64,000 nucleotides of DNA, taken from Chiloscyllium plagiosum. Lineage: Eukaryota. How positions within the stretch are numbered: position 1 is the stretch's first letter; the number at the start of each line of letters is the position of its first letter. Shown one piece after another: positions 11,904 to 25,399 of the stretch. Location of the stretch: positions 8,142,317-8,206,316 of the forward strand of contig NC_057752.1 of the NCBI RefSeq assembly GCF_004010195.1. Reading direction: 5' to 3'. The notes beneath the pieces were generated by a model. It was not told where the DNA came from. It worked only from the letters and a program-made list of their open reading frames with translations, and made no database searches. A program made the translations under genes and the position numbers.

Positions 11904-13169
11904 AGACTGTTATAAACCAATTTCAAGTAGGCATAGGTGCATACTGCTGAAGTGTCTGAAAATATGGCTTATAAAGGCTATAAGATAACTGAACTGGGAA
12001 AACCTGTACTGGTACAGTAGTAGAACGACTATGAAGGCTGAGGTTAAGGATTTTGTTCAAGTCTCTAAACAATGCATTGTCTTCAGAGCATTTGGGGCAG
12101 AACATAGGCTGCAATTATGCGTTTTGCTACTCATCAGCCTATTTTCTTCTAATAATTTATTTTACTGGGCTGCAAAAACACCAAATATTGAGGACAGAAC
12201 CAGGGTGCCCCAGCCAGAGGATTAAAAATAGGAAACACAGTTCCTTAGCACTTGCATTTCTCACCCTGGTCACAACAGGGTGTACATAATTCAGAAAATC
12301 TGTCTACAAATTAGCAGTTAACCATGAGAAAGTATAACATTCCAAAGTTTGATATTTCTGGTGTCTAATAAAATGTTCTCAGCACCAATATCCCCCACTT
12401 TTATATCAACAAAATCATACCAACAAATAAGATCTGTGCACCTTCAACAAGATAGCTCAAAACAGTACCTGGCAGACAGCAGAGTATGAGGGGGCAGGGG
12501 AAAGTGCTCATCACCCTCCTCCAAGATCAGAGTAATGATCAGAAAATCGCCTGTCCATTAAACGGAATGTTATCAATTTATACATATGGAAAATTACATA
12601 GCTACTATCTACCAATGGGAGAAGAAAGAATTAAAACAATAAGCCAAAATACTTAGTGTGTGCTTTCCTTAATTCATTACACAGAAGTGGCCGAAATACA
12701 TTACTAATCATTCACAAGGCTCAAAATGCTCTTTGTGTGCAAAGTTTAGATAGACAATATTGATAACTGCTTCTCTGATCTTTCTGCTGACACTTTCAAA
12801 GACATTTAAAATACAAATACAAAAATTTTTGAACTTTTAAAGTTCAGAACACAGACACCAATCGGACAAAGTATTGCAATAAATTTGAATAAACCAAAGA
12901 CCATCAGAAAGCAGGAGTCCGACTTCAAGCGTGTATGACAGTGTCAAGTAAACTGACCCACCCAAGAGGAATAGTGCTCTTTTATATCTGTAAGACTATG
13001 CAATTAAACTCCACCAACTGAAATAAGCAATTCTGAACAGACCATTGATTCTGTACATTTCACATCATGGATTAAAGCAGTCTGCAGCCACATTTTGTTT
13101 TGAAGCAGTAGTATAATCCCATGACAGGGTGAGTTGGGCTAGGTGATGAAATTTGATGGATATTTCCCC

Positions 13170-14200
13170 AGGTCCGTCAGATGTGGGAGCAGAAGTAATG
13201 CCATTCAGCCCATCAAGTCTCTTCTATCACTCACAATTAGGTCATGACTGATTTGATAATCCTCAAAACCATTTCCTTCATAACCATGGATTCCACTACT
13301 GATCAAAAGGTGATTTCAGTCTTGAATATATGACCCAGCCTTGACAACCCTGTAGTAAATAATTCCACAGATTCAATGCTCCCCAAAAGAAGAAATTGCT
13401 CACTTATCTCCTACTTGGGTGACTCCCCATTCTGAAATTATGCCCTCTGGTTCAAGATTCTCAAGGGGAAACAACCCCTCTGTCAAGACCCCAATGAATC
13501 TTCTACGTTTCGATAATGACACCTCTCATTCTTCTAAATTCCAATGAGTACAGACCCAACCTACACCTCATCTCTACTCATAACAAAGTCCCTCCATATC
13601 CACAATCAACCTAGTGAACCTTCTCTGGACTGCCTCCAATATCTTTCCTTAAATATGGGGACCAAAACTGTTCACAGTATCCTAGGAATAGAAACTATTC
13701 TTTTCAGTGGTTGTTTGACTTTTGTAAGATTTCCCAATTTTTATACTCCATTCCTTTTGAAACAAAGGTCAACATTCATTTGCTTTCCCTGTAACACAAT
13801 GAACTTGTGGGCTAGTATTTCCATGATTCAAGCACGAGAACGCTCAAATCCTTCTATCCTGTAGCTTTCTGCACTCTCAAATTTAAATATTCAACTGCTC
13901 TATTCTTCTGGTCAACATGCATAACCTCACATTTCCCACAGTATATTCCATCTCCCAAGTTTTTCTCCACTTGCTAAACCGGTCTATATCCTTCTGAAAA
14001 CTGTCATCCTCACCACTTGCCTTCCCATCTTTCTGCAATCTGCAAACTTGACGATAATACATTCACTTTCCTCAACCAAGTCATGAAGATATAGTCTCAG
14101 TAATTGCAGCTCCAGCACGAAGTCCTATTATGGTTTTCTACCAATCACAGGTTGCCATCCACAGAATGTCCCCTTGTCCCAATTCTCCGTGTTCTATTAG
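13170..14200 (-). mobile_element. Decayed CR1-type LINE 3' part
   Basis: Reverse complement shows a KFAD-like RT remnant (about 14040), a VNSFWSP-like motif and the CR1 3'UTR motif ggctgaatggc. Confidence 0.75.
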
Positions 14201-14646
14201 TTAGTATAACATGAACAGTGGATTGGGTAATTCCAAAAGCATGCCATTCATTGCCACACATGTAAATAAATTGCAGAAGTTAATGTCTATGAAGTCTAGT
14301 GACTGGTGTTGCTTTAGCTGAGATTGTACTATTTATGGTGTTAAGAAGTCAGGCTGCCAATGTCTTCTTCTAATCTCCCCAGGAAGAGAGATCAGGTAGG
14401 AACTTAAAAGGCAATAGGTCATTTAAGAGTTAATATTGGCATCACTAACTTGATACTTAAAAATGCCTAGGCAATAAATGGAAACTTACATGCAGGTTCA
14501 CATTTAGGTTGGGTGAACAGAGCAAGTTTCCAAGAAGCAATTTAAGTGGATTCAGTAGAGACACACCAAAATGTAGTGGCATATCGGGCACAATATCATT
14601 AAGAGGAGACCACAGACAAGCCCAATCCCCTCACCAGATGTACACA

Positions 14647-14765
14647 GGACTCTTGTGGTGCAGTGGTTGTGCCCCCCACTCTGAGCCAGTAGCCTAGGTC
14701 ACAAGTCCCACCTGCGCCAAAGGCATACAATGACAACTCTGTACAGTTTGGTTCAGAAGTATACA
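14647..14765 (+). mobile_element. Short tRNA-derived SINE; related copies at about 40910-41000 and 49424-49545
   Basis: Box A-like tggtgcagtgg, box B-like caagtcccacctg, and a shared downstream core (RtaacatctctgaaYaggttg-like) in three copies. Confidence 0.6.
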
Positions 14766-15042
14766 CATTCTGAAAAAAAGTAATTGGATAATAGCCCCAG
14801 GAACACATGTTTGTTTTCTCTTATATCTAGTCAGGGCGCTCGGAATTCATTCAGTTCAGTAAACAGGACATGCAGTCTTCTCTGCATGTCTCAATTTAAA
14901 CCAATTCCCCCTCCCCCACTTGTCATGCGTTGGAGCAATTTAAATCGAGACCACAACCTGCTGAGAGCAAGTTTTACATTTTAACGTAAACGTTTAACAC
15001 ATTTGTAGATTTGCGGTGAATCTTTTAAACTGTTGTAGAACT

Positions 15043-15158
15043 CCGTAGTGTTAGGTAAGGGATAAATGTAGGGGTATGGGTGGGTTGCGCTTCGGCGGGG
15101 CGGTGTGGACTTGTTGTGCCGAAGGGCCTGTTTCCACACTAAGTAATCTAATCTAATC
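15043..15158 (+). mobile_element. HE1-type SINE 3' fragment
   Basis: cttcggcggggcggtgtggacttgtt...ggcctgtttccacact followed by (taatc)n. Confidence 0.85.
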
Positions 15159-15229
15159 AACGGGAAAATACGTTCTAAAAATACAAGTTTCCAAAATAGT
15201 TAATCTTCAATAGCCTAGCTCATAGATGC

Positions 15230-15980
15230 ATTTTGAACTCGTTTGGTTTGCCGTCAGAGGAAGTCGCTGTTAAATCTGATCATAATTAAACTTTTTATTG
15301 ATCCAGAAATTTGGACGTTTCAGAATTTCAAAATGAACCCACCTACAGCAGTCACTCTACGGTTCTTATCGCTTGCTGATCTCCTGTTTGTTTGTAAAGT
15401 AAGATTGCTTTCCCATTTCAACTTTTTTTCCGTTAGAGCTACTTAAATACACCATTGAAAATTTATAGTAAATTCAGTTGCTAATTTCGCAATGGACGTT
15501 TAAAGATGTGGAGAGTTTATTTTCGCCTGGCGCCGTTTCCAGCCATTTGTGGAACGGAAGCTTGGTGAATACTCCTGTCTTGCAACTTTGTGAAGTCCAC
15601 ATCAAATAAAATCTTCCCCATCTAAAACAGGGCAGGCATTTCTGGTTAGCCGAACTCAAATTAGCGAGAGTAAAATAACAGACCTGGAGTAATCGCAAAC
15701 GCTTCCAGGTTACTGTCGGGAAGAAATCACAATTAACCGAAAAGCTTGTCAGGACAATAAATACTCTCCACATCATAATTCAAAACATCCAGCTCGCCAA
15801 GAGCAACTATACAAATAAACCAGCGCTGCTAAAGGGACTGTCCGGACTTGGGCGGGAATATCCGGGGAAGACTGAGCTCCTATTAGTTAATCTGACAGTT
15901 ATGGATGGTATCAGGCACCATTTTGCAGACTTGAAAATTGCGGCTGCAAAGCTGTTTTTCAAAATGGCGCGTCAATATCA
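15230..15980. promoter_or_regulatory. Second CpG-enriched promoter-like region
   Basis: Non-repeat-like, CpG-enriched sequence with ETS-like aggaagt (about 15258), gggcggga (15850) and YY1-like aaaatggcg (15961). Confidence 0.4.
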
Positions 15981-16103
15981 ACTTTATTAATATAAACAAA
16001 GAAACGCCAAAGACTTAGGTAATTTGAACAAAGGAAATGAGAACATATCAACCCTCCCGAGTTCCTGTCAAGTTACACTGTACAATGAAACTAAACTGCA
16101 ACA

Positions 16104-16471
16104 ATGATTTGGAGATGCCGGTGTTGGACTGGGGTGTACAAAGTTAAAAATCGTCATTTTTAACTTTAAACTGTAATAATTCACTGTAACTGACCACTTA
16201 AAGATAACTTGCGACGTAAGCAGTTGCAACTGCTTAAAAAAGGTATTCTAACAGATGAAAGACTTAATCAATTTTTCAATGTATAATTTCAATTACATCA
16301 CACTAAATCTTTGCTATAAATTCTGTTATGATTGAGCCCTCCACTACCACCTGAAGGAGCGACGCTCCGAAAGCTAGTGTGCTTCCAATTAAACCTGTTG
16401 GACTATAACCTGGTGTTGTGTGATTTTTAAATTTTGTACACCCCAGTCCAACACCGGCATCTCCAAATCAT
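16104..16471. mobile_element. Element with about 50-bp terminal inverted repeats (PLE-end family C)
   Basis: 16104-16152 is inverted at 16422-16471 (first 39 bp perfect). Internal hammerhead-like motif cac-ctga[tga lost]-a-ggagc-gac-gctcc-gaaagcta-gtg at 16348-16379. Confidence 0.75.
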
Positions 16472-16640
16472 AAAAAAAGGGCGGTAGCTCAAGTAACCCT
16501 GGACAAAGCAATGATTATAACAGGGACCCACTTTTTTTTTAAAGAAAAGCTTGACGTGTATCTGATGTGCAGAACTCCATTCAAAACAGAAATCAAAGTC
16601 AAAATAGATTGGTTTTTCTCTGGTTGGCAAGCTACAACTA

Positions 16641-16760
16641 AGAGAAAGTGAGACCTGGAGATCAGAGTCAAAAAGCGTGGTGCTGTTAATCATAGCCGGT
16701 CAGGCAGCATCTGAGGAGCAGGAGAATCGACGTTTCAGGGATAAGCTCTTCATCCGTAAT
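16641..16760 (-). mobile_element. 120-bp PLE family A end inserted in a CR1 remnant
   Basis: 10-bp TSD gctacaacta at 16631-16640 and 16761-16770. Host RT remnant KFADDTKLG at about 16865. Confidence 0.8.
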
Positions 16761-17428
16761 GCTACAACTAGTTGGGTGCCACATGGTTTGGCCTGCAAGT
16801 CCCAGCTATTCACAATGCAATCTATACTAATGACTCGGATGCAGGGATAGAAGATACTACAGTCAAATTTGCAGATGACACTAAATTAGGTGAGAAACTT
16901 TGATGCAATAAAGAAATAGAAAATTTACAAACCAGTATGTGGCAGGATGGCACAATGATTAATTTCCTTCCACAATCCGAAGATGTGCAGGGTGGATTGG
17001 CCATGCTAAATTGCCAGTGTCCAGTGATGTGCAGGCTAGGGGGATTAACTCTGCAGGGTTACAGCGATCAGGTTGTTTGGGGTTGGGCTCTGGTTAGGAC
17101 GCTCTTTGGAGGATCAGTGCAGATTTGATAAGCCAGGGTTGTAATGGTTGGGGATTTTAATTTTCCAAACATAGACTAGGACTGCCAGAGTGTTAAGAAC
17201 TTGGATGGAGAGGAATTTGTTAAGTGTGTACAAGAAAACTTTCTTATTTAGTACATGGATGAACCTATTAGAGGAGCAAAACTTGACCTTCTCTTGGAAA
17301 ATAAGACAGTACAACTTTTTCACGCAGAGGGTGGTGTGTGTATGGAATGTGCTGCTACAGGAAGTGGTGGAAGCTGGTACAATTACAACATTTAAAATGC
17401 ATCTGGATGGGCACATGAATAGGAAGGG

Positions 17429-17533
17429 CCTTCATTCCTGATGAAGAGCTTTTGCTCAAAATGTCGATTTTCCTGCTCCTCGGATGCTGCCTGGACCTGC
17501 TGTGCTTTTCCAGCACCGCTCTAATCTAGATAT
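17429..17533 (+). mobile_element. 105-bp PLE family A end
   Basis: 14-bp TSD atgaataggaaggg at 17415-17428 and 17534-17547. Begins 9 nt before ctgatga. Confidence 0.85.
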
Positions 17534-19264
17534 ATGAATAGGAAGGGTTTAGAGGGATATGGACCAAGTGCTGGCAAATGGGATTAGATTAGGTTAGGAT
17601 ATTTGGTCAGCATGGAGGAGTTGGACCAAAGGGTCTGTTTCCATGCTATACATCTGAGTCTAAGTGACTGAGCTGTCAGTGGGAGAGCACTTTGGGTCCA
17701 ATGATCATAATTCTATTAGTTTTAAAATAGTTATGGAAAAGGACATCTGATCAACAAGTTAAAGTTCTAAACTGGAGGAAGGCCAATTTTGACAGTATTA
17801 GGCAAGAACTTTCAAAAGCTGATTGGGAGAGGCTATTTGCAGATAAAGGGACGGTTGGAAATTAGAAGACTTTCAAAAATGAGATGAGTGTCCAAAAAGA
17901 GTTTGTTCCTATTAGTGTGAAGAGAAAGGCTGGTAAGTGTAGGGAATGCTGGATGACTAGAGAAATTGAGGGTCTGCCAAGAAAGAGGCGGCATAGAGTG
18001 AATCCCTCGAGGAATGTAAAGGCAGTAAGAGTATATTCAAGATGGAAATCAAAAGGGCAAAAAGGGGACAAGAGATAGCTTTGGCAAACAGGGTTGAGGA
18101 GAATCCAATGAGATTCTATAAATACATTCAGGGCTAAAGAGTAACTAGGGACAGAACAGGGCTCCTTGAAGAACACCAAGCCTGCCTGTATGTGGAACCA
18201 CAGGAGATGGACGAGGTACTAAACATGTATTTCATGTCAGTATTTACTGTCGAGAAGGATATGGAAGCTAGAGAATTTGGAGAAATAATGATAGTTGAAA
18301 CATGTCCATATTAGAGGGGAGGTGGTGCTAAACATCATACAACGCATAAAGGTGGATAAATCCCCACGATCTGATCAGGTGTATCCCAGAACTTTGTGGG
18401 AAGCAGGGAATTGATTACTGGACCCCTCGCTGAGATACTTATATGATCAATAACCATGGGTGAGGTGCCAGGAGACTGGAGGGTGGCTGACGTGTTGCCA
18501 TTATTGAAAAAACGGCTGTAAGAAAAAGCCAGGGAAGTACAGACCGGTAAACCCGACATCACTGGTGAGTAAGTTGTTGGTGAGGATTCTGAAGGACAGG
18601 ACTTAGGGATAGACAGGACTATGCATTGGGGATAGACAACATGGCTTTGTGCGTGGGAAATCATGTCTGACTTGATTCAATTTTTTGAAGAAGTAACAAA
18701 GAAGATTGAAGACGACAGAGCAATGGATATTGGACTTCAGCAAGGCGTTTGACAAAGTTCCACCTGGTAGATTGGTTAGCAAGGTTAGATCACGTGGAAT
18801 CCATGGAGAACTAGCCATTTGGATACAAAATTGGCTTGAAGATAGGAGACATTGAGGGTGGTGGTGGAGGGTTGCTTTTCAGACTGGAGGCCTATGACCA
18901 GCAGTGTGCCGCAAGGGTCCACTGACTTTTGTTGTTCATATAAATTCTTCTATGTTCACATCCAAATAAATGGTTAGTAAGTTTGCAGATGACACCAAAA
19001 TTGGTGGTGTAGTGAACAATGAAGGTGGTTATCTCAGAGCACAGTGGGACTTTGATCAGATGGGTCAATGGGCCAAGAAGTGGCAGTGTTGCATTTTGAT
19101 AAGACAAATCAGGGCAGGATTTATACACTTAATGGTAAAGTCCTGGGGAATGTTGCCAAACAAAGAGACGTTGGAGTGCAGGTTCATAGTTACTTGAAGG
19201 TGGAGTCACAGGGAAGCAGGGTAGTGAAGGCTACATTTGGTATGCTTGTTTTTATTGGTCAGCC

Positions 19265-19477
19265 ATGATGTGGAGGCACCAATGTTGGACTGGGGTGGAT
19301 AAAGTTGAAAATCACACGACACCAGGTTATGGTCCAACAGGTTTATTTAAAAATACAAGTTTTTGGAGTGCTGCGCCTTTGTCAGGAGCTACATGATAAG
19401 GAGCAGCACTGTGAAAGCTGGTATTTTCAAATAAACCTGTTGGACCATAACCTGGTGTCGTATGATTTTCAACTTTT
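19265..19477. mobile_element. Palindromic PLE family C insertion within CR1
   Basis: aaagttgaaaatcacacgacaccaggttatggtccaacaggtttattt is inverted around about 19387. ttggtca occurs on both flanks. Confidence 0.8.
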
Positions 19478-20099
19478 TTGGTCAATGTATTGAGTATAAG
19501 AGTTGGGATATCATGTTGCGGCTGTACAGGACATTGGTTAGGCCACTTTTGGTGTAACTTGTTCAGATCTGGTCTCACTTCTATAGGAAAGATGTTGTGA
19601 AACTTGAAAAGGTGCATAAAAGAATTACAAGAATGTTGCCAGGATTGGAAGGTTTGAGCTACAGGGAGAGGCTGAATTGGCTGGGGTTGTTTTCCCTGGA
19701 GCGTCAGAGACCGAGGGATGACCTTATAGGAGGTTTATAAAATCATGACGGGCATGGATAGGGTAAGCAGACATGGTCTTTTTCCCCAAGGTATGGAAGT
19801 CCAGATCAAGAGGGCATAGGTTTAAGGTGAGAGGGGAAAGGTATAAATGGGACCTAGGGGGCAACATTTTCATGCAGAAAAACCACCAGAGGAAGTGGTG
19901 GAGACTGATACAACTATAACATTTAAAAGGCATCTGGATGGGTACACGAATAGGAAGAGTTTAGAGGGATACGGGCCAAGTGCTGACAAATGGGACTAAT
20001 TTCAGATATCTGGTCGATACGGATGAGTTGGACCGAAGGGTCTGTTTGTGTTGTACATCTCTATGACTTCTAGATAATAAATTTGACTTTGTATTCAAA

Positions 20100-20830
20100 G
20101 TGGAGAGAAATTTTGGAGTCAATGGTGCAAAGGGATCTACACATCCTCGTGCATGAATCACAGAAAACTAGAACACAGGTATACCAAATAATAAAGGAAA
20201 GCAAATGGAATTTTGGCATTTATTGTGAAAGAAATGGAATGTAAAGGTAGGCAAGTATTGCTTAAAATGTCCAAGGCATTAATGAGCTTGCACCTGGAAT
20301 ATTGCATACAAATTTGGTCCCCTTACTGGAGGAGGCATGCAGTTATATTAGAAGCGATTCAGAGGAAGTTCAAATCATTGCATCCAGAGATGAGTGGTTT
20401 GTCTTATGAAGAGAGATTCAGCAGTTTAGGCCTATAATCTCTGAAATTTCAAAGAATTAGAGGAGATCTAATGGAGGGTTATAAGATGCTAAAGGAGTTT
20501 CACAAAGCAGTCATAGAAAGTGTGCTTCCTGATGTGGGACAATCGAGAATGAGGTCATAATTTTAGGCTAAGGGGTACCAGACTGAAAACAGAGATGAGG
20601 AGAAATTAATTCTCTCAAAGGGTAGTTGATTCTGTGGAATTCACTACCAGAGTGGAGTGGAAGCTTGGGCATGGAGTAAATTTAAGGAAGAGACAGACAG
20701 ATTTTTAATTAACAATGGGTTATCGAGCATGGGCAGGAAAGTGGAACCAAGGTTGAAATCTGATCAGCCAAGATCATATCAAATGGCAGGACAGGCCTGA
20801 GGGGCTGAATGGCCAATCCCTGCTTTTAGT
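20100..20830 (+). mobile_element. CR1-type LINE 3' part (second subfamily)
   Basis: ORF 20213-20437 has HLEYCIQIWSPY...LSYEERF; 3'UTR ggggctgaatggcc. Confidence 0.85.
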
Positions 20831-20899
20831 TGTTATTCGCTTGTTAACGAGTTCCTAAACCAAATTGAGAAAATTAGAGGTGTATCTTCTATTTCAAAC

Positions 20900-21100
20900 A
20901 AATAAAAACAGAAACTGCTGGAAACACAATGCAAGTCTGATGGCATCTGTGAAGAGAAAAGAATCAACCTTCAAGTCCAGTGACCCTTGTTCAGAACAGA
21001 TTACTGGACTCTAAACATTTGACTTTTTTCACTCCTAAACCTTGAGTTTCTCTCGCAATTTCTGTTTTCCTTTGTTTCAGAACTCTAGCATCTGCAGTTG
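20900..21100. mobile_element. Old palindromic PLE-end remnant (family E)
   Basis: aaacagaaactgctggaaa is inverted by gcaatttctgtttt; central agtccagtga / ttactggact; ends in gcatctgcagt like family A. Confidence 0.6.
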
Positions 21101-21454
21101 TTTCATTTTACCTCTTGTATTTGTCACATTATAGAATGGGAAGTCGAAAAAGCTGCGGGGCAGCTCAGAGAATCCTGCATATATTGTTCGTTAAAAGCTG
21201 TACAGCCAAGCAAAGGTGGCACACAAGTTCATCTACTGAACAAATACAAACTTTTAAAGTTAATACTTTTTCCAGAAGTATTACAATTTACAATATATCC
21301 CAAAAAAGGTTAAGGAGATGAATTTTACAAATTATGCAACAAAAAAGCTGCCAATGTCAAGAAACAAAGTAAAGAATCATTACAATTTTGGTGAACCACC
21401 CAAATTCAAATGGTCTAAGAACTGTAACTAAATCAAAAGGATATGAATTGTGGG

Positions 21455-22555
21455 TACACAGAACATTACAGTGCAGTACAGGCCCTTCGGCCCTCAATAT
21501 TGCGCCAATCTGTGAAACCAATCTGAAGCCCATCTGACCTACACTATTCCATTTTTGTCAAAATGTTTATTCAATGGCCATTTAAATGCCTTTAAAGTTG
21601 GCCAGTCTATTACTGTTGCAGGCAGCGCTTTCCCCTACTACTGAGTAAAGAAACTACCTCTGACATCCATCCTATATCTATCACCCCTCAATTTAAAGCT
21701 ACATCCCCTCATGCTAGCCATCGCCATCCGAGGAAAAATGGCTCTCACTGTTCAACCTAACTCTCCGATTATCTTATATGTCTCAATTAAGTCACCTCTC
21801 AACCTTCTTCTCTCCAGTGCAAACAACCTCAAGTTTTGAGAAGCCTCGTCTGGAAGCTCACTGAACATGGTGACGAAACGCCCGAAAATGAACCTTCTAG
21901 CTCAGCGACCAAACCTACATCCAGAACCTCAAGTCCCTCAGCCTTTCCTCATAAGACCTTCCCTCCATACCAGGCAATATCCTCGTAAACGTCCTCTGTA
22001 CCTTTTCCAAAACTTCCACATCCTTCCTATAATGCAGTGACCAGAATTGTACGCAATACTCCAAATGCGGCGACACCAGAGTTTTGTACAGCTGCAGCAT
22101 GACCTAATGGCTTTGAAACTCAATCCCTCTATTAATAAAAGCTAACACACCGTATGCCTTCTTAACAACCCTATCAACCTGGGAGGCAACTTTCAGGGAT
22201 CTATGTACACGGACACAGATGTCTCTGCTCATCTACACTACCAAGAATCTTACCATTAGCTCAGTACTCTGTATTCCTGATACTCCTTCCAAATCACCTC
22301 ACAATTTTCCACATTAAACTCTATTTGCCACCTCTCAGCCCAGCTCTGCTGTTTATTTATGTCCCTCTGTAACCTACAACATCCTTCATCGCTATCCACA
22401 ACTCTACTGACCTGAGTGTCATCTGCAAATTTACCAACCCAACCTGCTACGCCCTATCCACATCAATGATTTGGATGAGAATGTACAAGGCATGATTAGT
22501 TAAGTTTGCAGATGACACCAAAATAGGCAGCCTCGTCAACGGTGAGGAAGGTAAC
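21455..22555 (-). mobile_element. CR1 LINE 3' part with a PLE family B insert (about 21835-21930) and an inverted 5' piece (about 22462-22555)
   Basis: ORF 21915-22100 has HLEYCVQFWS...LEKVQR. KFADDT occurs on both strands around 22420 and 22505. Confidence 0.85.
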
Positions 22556-24484
22556 CTTGGGAAGGGTAAAACTCTCAAGAAATATAGTGACCACTAGGAA
22601 GCAAAGTTGCAGGTTAACATCTGTGGGTATTATGGAATTAAAAGCATCAAAATGTATTCATATACCTGTTATTGACACTTTTCAAATTTAAAGGAAATAA
22701 TCTTGTACCTGACAGGATACTGGAGACCAAAGCTCAGATTATGCATAAATTGGAAGAACTATTGACCAGTGTGTTTGCAGGACATTAACTGAATTAAGAT
22801 CTCAAGTAAACTCAATAATTTGTTATAACAGGAAATGTAAACCACTAAATAATTCATTCAGGAAGGCTGGGCAGGATCTGATAAGACAAAATATTACAAA
22901 TTCTTGAACAGTGAAAGAAACAATTAGGAGGACCAGACAGAGTTGTGCAATGAGAAAACTAGCATCACCCCACATTTGCAAAAGAAACTGTAATATTAAA
23001 AATCTGAAATGTCTACTGGAAGTATTCAGAAACATTGAACGAGCTTTGTTTTCAACTGCAAACATTAATCCAAAACCAAAGATATATACATATTAACCCA
23101 ATTAGCTGAAATTGAACTGCATTAAATGCAACGTTTTGAAATTCTGTTTTCACATTCCACTTGCACCCTACTCACTCCACCCCCAAGACTATAGACATTC
23201 TAATTCTGTGTATCAAATAGAAAAATAAAAAGGTTTGATATTGAGATTCCTATCGCTGTAGTCCAGTTCAACTTGGCTGACCCGCCTGCTTCTGATTAGC
23301 AACTGCAGTACAAAATGCTCTTCAACTCAATTACAATTTTCTTCTGTCCTCTTCTGAAAGAAAACACTCGTGAAAAATTAAAGTTCCATAGACACGTGCA
23401 GCCTTTGACTAAACTGTCCAAGACACCTTTATTTATTATATTAATGAGTCTGACAATTAGCATAAGCAGGCTATGAAAATTCTATCAGGGAGCAGTTGGT
23501 ACAAGTCAGTCAGACTCAGCCCATAACCCTGTATATCATGAAACTAACTGCCACCAGCACCATACTGGTGAGATCAGGTGCTTCAGGAGAGACCACGAAT
23601 CCAACCTAGGATAGGTGTGCCTCAGTATCATAATAGAAGCACATTAATCCACTGAACCATTGGGGATTTAGAGCCTCAGTGCACTGCATAGATGTGTCAA
23701 AGAAGCATCTCAGCTTCAAAGGCTTGAACTGGCCTCTCACTGGAATCATCCATACAAGTTTGCATAGGTATCCATAGACCAAAGATAACTTCCTTCAATA
23801 AGCTACAAGGCTCAGTCTATTTTAAATTTGAGTAGCATTTTTAATAAATGAATGCAATATCACCAATAGTACTGATGACAAGCATAAAAGTTTGAGGGAA
23901 ATTGCATTAAACAGGGATGGATTGTTGAGTATCCGAATGTAGGAGCAGAGAGCAGGCCATGTAACACCCCACTTTCAGTGCCAAAATATACGGGAGGAGG
24001 AAAAACAAACGGTAAACAAAGGAAATAATTTGAACAATGTTAATAAAATTAAACAATTCCTAAATAATATTTTATATTAACAAATACAAACTTTGATTAG
24101 ATGGTCTTACTGACCTTAAATGCAAGGTATCAGAACTGTATTCAACAAATTTGCTCCAACCTCCCCAATACTAAGAAGGCAGAAAGCTTATCTGTTTGTA
24201 GAATATGCCTATGCTATTCTTAATTCCACTGTAAAGAGATGTTTTAGAATAGTCTGATGTTGCTCTCAATTCCCTGCAGCTAAAAGTTCAAACTTGGATG
24301 ACTGGAGGAAACAGGAAAGTGAATCTGTATTTCTAAATGCAGGACGTTTGAGGCTCAACTTAATATACAGAAGGAACCCAGGCTAGAAAAGACTTCAGTT
24401 TATGTTGTGCCTCTCACAACCTAATGGACAACTTGGGACATACAACTAATGTTGTGATTTTTAACAACCAATCTGCACACAAAA

Positions 24485-24790
24485 ATCACCCACAAGCAAC
24501 GTGATGACGACTAGATAACCTGTTTTGCAAAAACCTGATTGAGGGATAAATATCAGCTAGAACATCAGGGAGCACTTCCCTGCTCCTCTTCCAAACGCTG
24601 CCATGGGATCTTCTGTTCAACCGGTTGAAGGAGGAGAAGGTGGAGTGGGGGGGGGGGTGGTGGTGGTATTGCGGCCTTGGTTTAATGACTCCTCTAAAAG
24701 GAGCTTCCTCTCAATACAATACTCGGGGTGTCATCTTCAATTGGAAACTCAAATTCCTGGGGTCGAATTTGACCCCACAACATTCTGACA
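24485..24790 (-). mobile_element. Ancient Deu-domain SINE (SacSINE1/AmnSINE-like)
   Basis: ttgagggataaatat...ttccctgctcctcttccaaa..gccatgggatctt...gccttggtttaa resembles the reverse-complemented Deu core as recalled. Box B-like sequence near 24765. Confidence 0.65.
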
Positions 24791-25399
24791 CAAACGTGTT
24801 GAGAATTTTCTTTAAACAATGTAAACCAGCACAGAATTAACTTAATCCTGGCTCAATAATAGATATGATAAACATCATGCTTAAAACTATGAAAATGAAT
24901 AAATGCATTTTAAGAACAAAAGTAGTTTGTGTTCAATTTGTACCAGATGTTTTAAATCAAATGTTTGAAAGAGTAAAACAGTGGAGGGTTGCCAGTTGAA
25001 TCCAAGAATCAGAACAGAAGGTATAAGAAATGTGGCATAACCTAGCCTGTGGATTCTAATGTATGTAGAAATCAAAGTAAAATATCTAATTTACAGACAC
25101 TAATGCACAAACAGCTCCTTCAGGACAGAATGTTTACACAAGTTCACTTATATAATCTCTTGTAAACATGGAGATTTTTGAACATTTGTTTAACTGTCTA
25201 GAGATTTAATAAAGGCATTCATGATTTGTGATGTTATCTCTTATTAGGCAAGGACAACACATGGCAGAGAGAGCAGCCTCCATTAATGTTATTTTGACAT
25301 TGTATACCATTATTGTATAAAAACTCCAATCAAATGTTCAGAACAATTTTCAGAGATTATTGCTAATCCAGAACAATTGATATTCAAAGATAATATTGG

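Larger units (their letters stand above)
17130..20070 (+). mobile_element. CR1 LINE ORF2 (endonuclease C-terminus, RT, 3' end), decayed, with nested inserts
   Basis: VVMVGDFNFPNID, DFSKAFDKVP, VPQGS, SKFADDTKIGG, and 3' tail ctctatgact. Nested CR1 3' fragment at about 17310-17660. Confidence 0.92.

Noticed and set aside
14647..14720. tRNA gene candidates (also at 49424 and 10880)
   Set aside because: Only degenerate A/B boxes within SINE heads; no cloverleaf.
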